Assembly (NCBI RefSeq): GCF_006345805.1 | Contig: NC_043019.1 | Coordinates: forward strand, 18,785,360 to 18,849,359 | Origin: Octopus sinensis | Taxonomy: Eukaryota | Length of the DNA stretch: 64,000 nucleotides | Reading direction: 5' to 3' | In this document: positions 52,862 through 64,000 of the stretch, one piece after another | Layout of the letters: each line of letters begins with the position of its first letter | Position numbering within the stretch: the stretch's first letter is position 1 | Made by a program: the position numbers and the translations under genes | The notes under the pieces: model-generated | Told to the model about the DNA's origin: nothing | The model's database searches: none | The model's input: the letters and a program-made list of their open reading frames with translations, nothing else

Positions 52862-53525
52862 CACATAAGAAGCATCCAGTCCACACCATAGAGTGGTCGA
52901 CATTTGGAAGGGCAGCCAGCCGTAAAAATCATGCCAAAACTAATCTCGCCTGTGCCAGCACCTTGTAAAAAGCACTGAACTCACTCTGCAGAGCATTCAG
53001 CAATAAAAACCCAGCCAAAACAGATGGGGTAGTCATCTACCTGGCCGGCCCCTTGTCAACTATCTTACCCAAGCATGCATAGAAGACAGACGTTAAATGA
53101 TGAAGATGATGTTGATATATATATATATAATAAAATATTAGGGAATATTATATATATATATATATTATATCCTGACTGACCCCTGTGCTGTAAAAAGCAC
53201 CCACTGCAGTCTTGGAGTGGTTGGCTTTAGGAAAGGCATCCAACTGTAGAAACCTGGCCAAATCAGATTGGAGCTTGGTGCAGCCTCCTGGCTTACCAGT
53301 CCTCAGTCAAATCATTCAACCCATGCCAGCATGGAAAGTGGACATTAAACTATGATGATGATGATCATGATGATATATATATATTTACACACATACACGT
53401 CACTAGTCACTCTGAGTTATCTCCTCTTACTCATTTCTCCTCATTTTTGCTTAGTCCAAACATGTGTTCAACTTCTTTTGTATAAGTCTAAGTCCTTTCG
53501 CTGCAGGAGATAAGGCTGGTCAATT

Positions 53526-53570
53526 GTTGTGCTGATGATGCCTATTGAGGCAGAAACAGATGTCCACAAC
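53526..53570 (+). ncRNA. Type I hammerhead ribozyme, intact core
   Basis: GTTGTG CTGATGA TGCCT-attg-AGGCA GAAA CAGATG TC CACAAC. 6-bp stem I, 5-bp stem II; predicted cleavage after C53564. Confidence 0.85.
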
Positions 53571-53829
53571 TGTCCTTTTGTCCGTAGACAATAAACTTGT
53601 CTTGTTATTTAATGGTAATTCAGTTTTGGAGAAATTCTTCATTGTTTAGATTTTCTCCTCTCCTTGAGTGGAGTTGATTTTTATTGTCATTTGGTAGTTA
53701 TGGCACATCCTCTTCAGGTGGAGATAATTTTAATAAATCAGGAATCCATGTTGTATGATGTTTCATCTACCTGTATTTGTGTGTGTGTATATATACATAC
53801 ATACACACACACACAAGTTTTCACACTTT

Positions 53830-54560
53830 CAGGAGAAGTACAAAACCCAACTCTTCCAATGCACTTGTAGTACTCCAACCACTTCATAAAGGTCCTCATG
53901 AAAGGCCTTTAAAGTGAAGGTATCCAGGTCCCTTGCACTTGTGGTGCTCCAGCCACTTCATAAAGGCCCTCATGAAAGACCTCCAAAGTGAAGGTGCCCA
54001 GGTATCCTTGTCACAGCCTCCATCACCTCAATGTCTTCAAAACCCATGATGTTTTCCTTCAGTTTGGGGAACAACCAAAAGATAGAGGGAATAAGGTCTG
54101 GACTATAGGACAGGTGAGCAATAGTTTTGACGCCCATCTTTGTCAGGTGGTTGGTTAATCAGGATGCCCATCACTGAGAATCCTAGCAACCAACTTTCTA
54201 CCAATTCTGTGCATCTTCAGATCTTCACGGAGACTTCTGTATACATTTGCCACACCAACTCCAACTGTATGCTTATTCTTTACAGGCACACAACAGTCTC
54301 CATCCTGAAAATTGCTCATTTTCTCAACCAGCTCCAAAGTTCTGACCTCCCTCTCCCTCCTACAACCTCTCATTGTCTTTCACCTCCTCTCTACCATCTT
54401 TGGACCTCTTGGATCCATAGCCAGTCTGGAACATTTCATAAGTTTCTCTGGCATTTTTGCCCAGTTCAACACAAAACTTGCATAGCAAGCTGCCGAATGT
54501 CTCCACTACATTCTGCAAACTAATTGGCTGCGACAAGCAGTGCTTTGTAGCATGTGGTCA
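53830..54560 (-). mobile_element. Internally deleted mariner relic
   Basis: FCVELGKNARETYEM...REDLKMH..LV.RILSD joined to YSPDL.PS.FWLFPKLKE. Confidence 0.7.
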
Positions 54561-55265
54561 AAGTGCTGCTACAGACATCTCCTCCTTCAATCTGCGATAA
54601 CAAAAGTTGGCAGGTCAGCTTATTAGATGTTTAGGCTATGATCTACTAAAATCACAACAACTTAAGACGGTCCATAACTGCCCCACCTGAAAAGGTCTGC
54701 AAACTTCTGGAATGCATATCGTACATCATTATACATAATTCATACACACACACATGCATAAATGTAGTCTACAACAATATTTGGGACAAACGTCACTGAC
54801 TTCCCGGCTAATGAGTTTCTAAAAATAAACATAAAAATAATAAAACATTATTGAAATCAGATGAGCCATTATTATAATGCCTGACTGATTAACTAGAATG
54901 TTCTCTGTATAAAAGTAGTATACTCACTGTATATACAGAACAACTGACTATAACTGAATACCCATAACTGCACCTGATTATGATGGGCTTCTTTCAGTTT
55001 CCATCTACCAAATGCACTCACAAGACCATACACACACACACACTCTCTCACTCACATACGTCTATATGTACACACATACACACACACACACATATATATA
55101 GATCATGTTCCATGTATGCTTCATACTTTTTTATTGTACACATTTCATGACATCTTCTGCCCACATATGCATATATATATATACACGTATAGATGTAAGT
55201 ATGTATATATGCATATATATTATTCATATTATATTATATATATACATACACACACAGTAAATGTA

Positions 55266-55320
<55 letters not shown>

Positions 55321-55875
55321 CATAAAGTCAATAGAGTATGATTTATGAAAGATTTACCTGCTATTTCTAGCTCACGCTTCATATAGAAAAGTGTAGTATG
55401 TATAGTCGTACAGTATAACAATACTATGAAGGGTGATATATAATATAATATATGATATGTAATGTGTAATATATAATGTGTATTATGGTGTGTGAATCCA
55501 TTGCCTCATTGAACACTTGGCATCTTCAGATGCCTTTAGTGGAGTCCACTCTGTTACAAGATCTTTGGTTTGGGGATAGCTTCAGATCCCTCCACCCCCA
55601 GAAGCCCTGTAAAGGGACAAAAGCACTGCTTTTCTTTCCTAACCAAAAGAAATAGAAATAGTTTATCTCTCCCTGGTCAGACATGTATCATCATCATAAC
55701 CATCATCATCATTTCACGTTAGGTTCCATACCCTGTTTTTGGCAGTTGGGTGCCCTTCCTAATGTCAACCCTTTTACACAGTGTACTGGGTGGTTTTTAT
55801 GTGGCACCAGCAAATGATATACACACACATATATACATATATATGTGTGTGTGTGTGTATGTGTGTGTGTGTGTA

Positions 55876-55907
<32 letters not shown>

Positions 55908-57023
55908 CATACATAAAGTAAATTCAGTAATAAGAAATCTACCCATGAGTAAAGATCTTTTACTACCATGTTTTTACTGATGAAATTCACCTCTCTGTCT
56001 ATATACCTACCCTCTTTGTAATGTTGGCAAATGGAATATGTATAAAAAGGAACATTGTCAATTTAATTAAAAGATTACATATGTGGCTGAAGATTGCTTT
56101 ACATTTTAAAAACTGATGTAATACTTACATTGTTTAATTAAATGAAGTAGCATGAAACGATTGTACTACAATACCTTGGATATCCTTGTTGCTTATTTTG
56201 ATTATAATCACCCCATTTTAAATTATATGGATAATACCATACCAAATTCTGGTGCCTTTAACTTAAGTACCATATTCATCTGAATCTAAATTTTTGCTGT
56301 ACACACACATATATATATATATATATATATCATCATCATCATCATCGTTTAACGTCCGTTCTCCATGCTAGCATGGGTTGGACGGTTCGACCGGGGATCT
56401 GGGAAGCCAGAAGGCTGCACCAGGGTCCGGTCTTATCTGGCAATGTTTCTACGGTTGGATGCCCTTCCTAACGCCAACCACTCCGTGAGTGTAGTGGGTG
56501 CTTTTTACGTGTCACCCGCACAGGTGCCAGGCGAGGCTGGCAACGGCCAAGGTTGGATTGGTGCATTTTACGTGCCACCGGCATGGAAGCCAGTCGAGGC
56601 TGCACTGGCTTCATATATATATATACTCGTATGTATATATCTTTAACTTGTGTTCTAATCAATAGACTCTGACCATGCTGGGGCACTGCCTTCAAGAATT
56701 TTAGCCGAATGGATTCCACCCCCCCACCCCCAGCTGTACTTATTTTCTTTTTAAAGCCTGGTACTTGTTCTGCCGATCTCTTTTGCCAAACCGCTAAGTT
56801 ATGGGGAAATAAATCCACCAAGACTGGTTGTCAAGTGGCAGGGTGGGATGGGGGAACACAATGTCGCACACACAGATATGTTTGCATCTATACTATAATG
56901 GAGAAAGCTGCTTACTAATTAGGTATGTAACAATTACTAAGAGTACTAAAAGAAAGCAATTATTAAAGGGTTGACCGTCTGGAAATATTTCTATAAATTC
57001 ATGTTTCAAGAAATTTCCTATAA

Positions 57024-58108
57024 CCCTTTCGATACCAAATTGCCCAAAACCGCCCGAAAAAAATTTTGGTTAATGTGACCAAACCGCCCAAAGCCGCCCG
57101 AATTTACCTATTCATATTTAAATGAGAATATCAGAGCAAATCTCTTTAGTACATTCGTGAAAATACGTATTATACTTCGTAAACAGTTCAACTACAGTTT
57201 TGTACAACAATCGAAGTGTAATTTTAATTCCGTGAATTTTGGGAGATTTTTTTGAAATTTGTTCCTATTGTGTTTTCAAAATTTGTAATTCTGACAAAAA
57301 ATGGATACGAATTTCATTATATCAAGCAGTGAGTCAGAATTCGAAGGATTTTCTACTGAAGACCTTCATAAATCTAACTCTATGACTGAAAAAAAAAAGC
57401 ACGTGGTATTTGATAATGAATCTGATGTTTCATTTTCCGAAAGTGAAAACAGTGAATCCGAGAGCTCCGACAGCGATAAAGAAAATGAATTAGCACCTGA
57501 ATGGAGTGAAAATTTAAAAACTGTTTTTTTCGGTGATTTTTCTGAAGAAACTGGACCAAGCCACAGACTTTCCCAGGAGAGTAAAGCCTTAGACTATTTA
57601 TTTTTACTTTTTCGAATGAGCCTATTTGAAATCATTACGGCGGAAACGAACCGTTACGCTAAATGTAAACAAAGCAAAAGAAAGGATAGTTAGTGGTTTC
57701 CCACAACCTTAAATGAAATTAAGGCCTATTTTGCCATAAGTATTATTATGGGTATCAGAAAGTTACCCAGAATAACAAATTCTATTGTAAAATTTTGTTG
57801 TATACCCAACTGAATATTAGCTAATAACCCATTTTCTATAGCGATGTTTGAACAAAATTTTAATAATTTTATATTTTGTTGAATTTACCTGTATCTACCT
57901 GCAATTAGAGTCACTTTGTGACAAAAATTATAGTATAGAATTGGTTGAGAACATTTCATTAAATTATCTTCCAAAATTCACGTTAATATATTGATAAATA
58001 AAAAAGTTATAGTTGTTTAATGAAACCAAACTAAATTTATGATTACGTTAGAAATTAATCGAAACACATAAGGGGTGTATTTTGGTCAGAAATATAGTAA
58101 CGAAAGGG
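57024..58108 (+). mobile_element. Internally deleted piggyBac element with N-terminal transposase ORF
   Basis: TIRs CCCTTTCG / CGAAAGGG with ATAA on both flanks. ORF 57301-57693 has an acidic N-terminus and LFEIITAETNRYA, continuing past TAG as WFPTTLNEIKAYFAISIIMG. Confidence 0.85.
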
Positions 58109-59484
58109 ATAATTTCGATTTCTCAAGTTTATTGATATTTTTTAAACTCCAATTTCTTGCAAATTTAGGACTGTCTACAGTTGTTGGTGCAGGAATGATA
58201 AGTGGGTTGGGAATGCCTGAGCAGTGGAGGCATAGGACCAAATAATTTTGAGGATTAGGGTCCATTATAGTAGCAACAGGAAAGACATAGAGAGAGAGAG
58301 AGGAGACAGCATTCCTGAAAGCCAGAGGCTGGGGTATTTCCATTACAGATGAAAATACCAGTTTATCACTTGGCCCTTCTCTGGATGTGATCCAGGATGT
58401 CTGTGTGGTATGGTGTAATTACACCACAAGGTGCAGTCTTTGTTGCAGTGTGGTGGCTTGTATGCCTCAATAACCCTGAGAGCTATGCCAGCAGAGTGCA
58501 AGATCCTGGCTGGGCCTCTCATGTTGGACAGGTCAAAGGCTAGACTAATAAGGACCACCTCTTCCTAAGGGTAATAATGGGTTTGCATTGGACCTAAAAA
58601 AATTCAAAATTACAGAAGCATCGAATTCAAAACCAACAAAACATGAGAGAAAAAGGTCTTTCCACAAGGAAATATATGAGGTGAGATACTGAGGCAGAGC
58701 TGGAGAGCAGCAGGGATCAAACTGGGGAGAAGGAAGAAAAAAAAAGGGAACAGGGAAAAATAACAGCCTTTGGGTTTCCTCTCCACTCAAGAGCGGGTGT
58801 GTGAAAAGAATAATGGATATCTAGGTGCAAAAATGCCACTCCCATAAAAGAGTTACCTGGGGCAGATCCCCTGTCATCAACAGCTAATGATGACGAGCAA
58901 ACCCTTTATATAAATAGAAACAAAGAAGGAAAACTAGTGGAAAACATAAATTTCATATTTTAAAGAGCAAAAGAATGATCATATACTAACCCAAATAAAT
59001 TTGTCGCCAGAGATGAACAGCTAAAATCCCTGCACCTTGACACCATAACATATTGCTTATGACGACAGAAACTTGACTTTCTAGAAAGAAAGCCAAGCTA
59101 ACAAATACCTTTTCACTAAAACACACCTGTAATTAAAGGTTATTTATAAAAAAGAAAATGTTTCCACTGCTTTGTAATTAACAGGTTCTTTAAGTCCTTT
59201 TGTTGTTCCTTGCTCATTGACTTAAGAGTAGTCAATGTTTAGTCATGGTGGAGTGTACGATGGAATGTTGCCAACTTGAATCAAAACAAATATGGGGTGG
59301 CGAGGGGGGAGAGAAGTGAGGCATTCTTTGTGAAAAAGGGTTTTTAGTGATTCAGATGCAGACATGGCTGTGTGGTTAAGAAGTATAAGAGATTGACAAA
59401 AGGCCTTGGAGAGTTGCCCCAGCATGGCGGCAGTTTCATGACTGAAACTAGTAAAAGAATTTAAGAAGAAAAGATTTAGCAACA

Positions 59485-59750
59485 GATTAACCCCTTAGCA
59501 TTCAGATTACTCGGGATTAACCCCTTAGCATTCAGATTACTCGGGATTAACCCCTTAGCATTCAGATTACTCAGTCAGTTGTAATGTTTATTAATTAATG
59601 CTGTCTTCAATTAATCATGCATTATCTTGTAGTTTTGAGATTTCAATGATGTAATGGTTCATTTTTAGAATAATATTGTAGGGTAGGTATGAGAGGCAGG
59701 ATCTGGCCAATTGAACATCTGGACAGGTAGAATATCTGCTAAAGAGTTAA
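59485..59750. mobile_element. piggyBac-type MITE with triplicated left end
   Basis: GATTAACCCCTTAGCATTCAGATTACTCGG x3 (30-bp period); right end CTAAAGAG|TTAA. Confidence 0.6.
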
Positions 59751-60709
59751 ACGACCTTCTATTCAGGCATGTGTGGTTCAGTAGCTTACTTTGTAACCAT
59801 GTGATTTGGGGTTCAGTCCCATTGCATGGCACCTTGATCAAGTGTCTTCTTGGTCAACCATTGTCTTGTGAGTGAATTTAGTAAACAGAAACTGTGCAAA
59901 AGACATTGCATATATGTGTATATATGCATGTGTGTGTATATTTATGTGTATGTATGTATGTGTGTATGTATGTATGTATGTGTGTATGTACGTATGTATG
60001 CATGTATGTATGTATGTGTGTGTGTTCATGTACATGCATGCCTGTGCTTTTGATTCCATTTGTACTTCTCTAAAATTCTCTGAGTCACAAGCAATGATGT
60101 TGTCATGGAAATGATGATAAATCATCTGCTGGGTTTCCATCTTTGGAAATGTGTGGAATAGGAAATAACCTTTACTTGGAAACAGAGGTAAGGTTTAGAG
60201 AAGAGAAGGGCATCCAACCACAAGACAACAACTCAAAAATGCATTTGATTGATTTGGGAAAATGGAGATTAAAATGAAGACACGAGGAACCACTGTAATT
60301 CATTCCTCAAGGTGGTAGGGTGTGTCTTAAAGGAAATCTGGTTGCTAGCCCTCACCTCTCAAACCTTGATGCTGTGAGAGATCTCTACTGGATCCTTGAG
60401 ACAAGTTCACATTTTAAAGTGATTTAAGCTTAAAACCTTCCATCAATGTTTCCCATCAATTTATGTTTAATTTACCAGCCAAATAACGGTTTCAAATTTT
60501 GTGACAAGGCCAGCAAGTTCAAAGTAGGAGAGGGGGGACAGTCGATTATACGGACCCCAGGGCTCAGCTGGCATTTATTTTATTGACCCCAAAAGGATGA
60601 CAGGCAAAATTCCAACTCAAAACATGAAAACAGACAAAATGTTGCTAAGCATTTTGACCAGCAGCAAACAATTCTACCATCTCGCTTCCCTACATCAGTT
60701 TAATAATGA

Positions 60710-60746
<37 letters not shown>

Positions 60747-61562
60747 GTTTAACGTCCGTTTTCCATGCTAGCATGTGTTGGACGGTTCAACCAGGGTCTG
60801 GGAAGCCCGGAGGCTGCAGTAGGCTCCAATCTGATCTGGCAGTGTTTCTACAGCTGGATGCCCTTCCTAACGCCAACCACTCCGTGAGTGTAGTGGGTGC
60901 TTTTTACGTGCCACCAGCACAGGTGCCAGGGGAGGCTGGCAGTGACCATGATCGGTTGGTGCTTTTTATGTGCCACCAGCACAAGTCGGTCAAGGCGGCA
61001 CTGGCATCGGCCATGTTCGGATGATGCTATTTACGTGCCACCGGCACAGGTATCACAACTACAATTTCCCTTTGATATTTATTTTGATGTTGATGTACTT
61101 GACTCAATAGGTCTCCTGAAGCACAGCAGGTCACTCTACGATCCAAGGTAAGCACAGAAGGTCGTTCTGAAATCCAAGGTACTTTGGACGGGCTGGGGCT
61201 GCTATGCGAAACTGGTGCAGGAAACAGCCATGAACTCACATTATTTGTCGGGTCTTTGCAGTCACAGCATATCTCCAGAGATCTTGGTCCTTCGTCATTG
61301 CCTCTCTGAGGCCCAACATTCGAAGGTCATGATTGACTACCTCATCCCATGTCTTCCTGGGTCTACCTCTCCCCCGGATTCCTTCAACTGTTAGGGAGTG
61401 GCACTTCTTCACACATCTCTCCACATTCATCCGTAGTACATGACCATACCAGTGCAAACGGCTCTCTTGCACACCACACCCGATGCTTCTTATGTCCAAC
61501 ATTTCTCTCAGGGTGCCTACACTCTGTCATGCATGCACACTGACATTACACATCCAGCGGAT
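60710..61562 (-). mobile_element. RTE-clade LINE 3' fragment, same family as 3190-4108
   Basis: ORF 61236-61502 RLHWYGHVLRM...GRGRPRKTWDEVV, followed by the same 3' UTR and (GAT)n tail. Confidence 0.85.
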
Positions 61563-62307
61563 AACAGAAGTTTTAAGTATGAACACCTCTGACTTTGTCA
61601 GCAGAGTTAGATGTGTTGGAAGTAGGAGAGATTTGAATTGATGTCCATGAAGGGAGAAAGTAGTGAAACGGTTTAACCCCGAAAGGGAATGAGTGTTTCA
61701 ACATCTTTCATTGATGTGATGAGTCTATGAAAGGTAAGTTTTTTATCCCACAACAACCACCATCAACAACAACAACTGCTGCTGCTGCTGCTGCTGCTCA
61801 GAGGCAGCCAAGAGTCTGAGCCGAAGAGGAAAATGAAGCCATCAAGTGAGTAGCTCTGTCTGCTAAAAATAGCAGCCGGTTCTCCCTCTCCCTATCATCC
61901 AAGATGATAGGATGGCCATAGTTGGAAAGCCTTTTGATTTTAGGTCTGCATGATCAGGACTGACCTAGTTGCAGGGATTAACAACAACAACAACAACAAA
62001 TATATGAAACTACTGCAAGAAACCTTTTGGTTGAAGTGAAACCATTGAAGGCACAAAATGTCATTCAAAACATGTAAATATTTATTTTGAGAATGAGCTG
62101 AAAAAATTCTGGGTTCAAATCTAAGTAAAAGAAGCAAACAACATTTGCAACAAGAATCATGAATGCTACGTTAGGTACTCTTACAACCGACACAATGTCA
62201 CTACTACAACTTCTACACCTATTACAACCACTACTACTACTACTACCACCACCACCATTACTACTACTACTACCACCACCACCATTACTACAGCCACCAC
62301 AACCACT

Positions 62308-62346
<39 letters not shown>

Positions 62347-62767
62347 ACCACCACCACCTACCACCTACCACCACCATTACTACTTCTAAAGAGCAGAGCT
62401 ATGTATGACACCATTGTACTCCCCTCTGCAACCATATAAAGAATACAATAAGCGAAACAGCTATTACTACCACAATTGCTGCTGCTACTACTTCTACTGC
62501 TACTACTACCACCACCACCACCACCAACAACAACAACAACTATGTGGGGGAGGGGTAAAATTTTGGCACAAGGCCAGTAATTTCAAGGGAAGAAGTAAGT
62601 CGATTACCTTGACTATCCCCAGTGCTCAACTGGTACTAAATTCATTGACCCAGAAAGGATGAAAAGCAAAGGCGACCATGGTGGAATTTGAACTCAGAAT
62701 GTAAAGACTGATAAAATGCCATGAAGCGTTTTGTCTGGTCTGCAAATGATTCTGTCAGTTTGCTGCC

Positions 62768-62822
<55 letters not shown>

Positions 62823-63240
62823 GGTCAGTTGTTTGACCTTAACCAGTTGAGCATGTCCCTTAGTGGCTGACGATATGTGCATCTCTGATCACGAGCAGAA
62901 GTAGTGGGGGAGCATCATAGCCATGTGTTGAGAGGGATTCTTTGGGGTTTGAATAATTCACCTCTGGAAACATGGGTGGTTCTTTCAACATCCTTAAACA
63001 ACCCTTATTCAGGGACCTTTTGAGCGGGATGGGCTACTCAACCTGAAGAAAATTCTAACTGGGCCCCACCTGCAAGGTCATGTGCTGTTTATCTTGATAT
63101 GAGATCACCATGTCGCGCACATATGGTTGTGATGCATGTGCCTGGTGTACCTTTATCAGACGGGTAGTCATGATGGGTATATTGGGCTTCGTATATTTTA
63201 CCCCAGTGTCACTTTGATGGCATGCACTGCTCTTTCACTC

Positions 63241-63660
<420 letters not shown>

Positions 63661-63829
63661 AAACAACATCCATCCATGAATTTATTTATTTATTAATTTT
63701 TAAATACATATTTTATCTGTGAATTTGTGCGTGTAATCTGGGAATGCATACAATGCCCTTCTCTACCCTAGGTGTATGGAAAACACTCGGCGGGAAATGG
63801 AAGAAAATTTGAAGAAAGAAGGAAAAAAC

Positions 63830-63875
<46 letters not shown>

Positions 63876-63879
63876 TAAT

Positions 63880-64000
63880 AAAGCAAACAATGCTGGATCA
63901 TAGATATAGCATGCTCAGCTGACAACAAAGTATGTGATAAGGAAGAAAGAAAAGTCTATAGATATAAGAGGCTGGCTTGGGAGATTAAGCAGCAGTAGCC
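63880..64000 (+). mobile_element. Second RLE-LINE fragment
   Basis: KQCWIIDIACSADNKVCDKEERKVYRYKRLAWEIKQ, after an (AAT)n tract. Confidence 0.65.

Noticed and set aside
53431-53771. Possible upstream qtc exon: donor ATGA|GTAAG at 53431 would join in phase to give MKSRVRY
   Set aside because: The acceptor is weak, it overlaps an HHR-bearing repeat-like island, and such donors occur by chance over 20 kb. Needs junction reads.
54180-54225. Minus-strand CTGAAGA...GAAA
   Set aside because: Lies in mariner coding sequence; stems I and III do not pair.

Overview
AT-rich, microsatellite- and transposon-saturated animal genomic DNA. The SINE/RTE repeat complement suggests an octopus (inference, no database search). 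One protein-coding gene is well supported: a minus-strand 4-exon coding region (32389/32369 to 23817, about 496 aa) with a Pro/Ser-rich N-terminus, a coiled coil and a C-terminal GRIP-like domain, resembling quick-to-court (qtc). A TATA/Inr/short-exon/GTAAGT signature at about 9.5 kb suggests the start of a second minus-strand transcript. The rest is RTE, CR1-like and RLE LINE fragments, tRNA-derived SINEs, mariner and piggyBac relics, Helitron-like elements, MITEs and fold-backs. Main discovery: about 14 type I hammerhead-ribozyme (HHR) motifs read directly from the sequence, 7 with an intact catalytic core. The most notable locus is a composite element at 39.55-43.81 kb. There, HHR-bearing ~325-bp repeats in direct and inverted arrangement flank an RT-less gag-like LINE ORF1, and a near-intact CR1-like LINE has inserted into stem III of one ribozyme.
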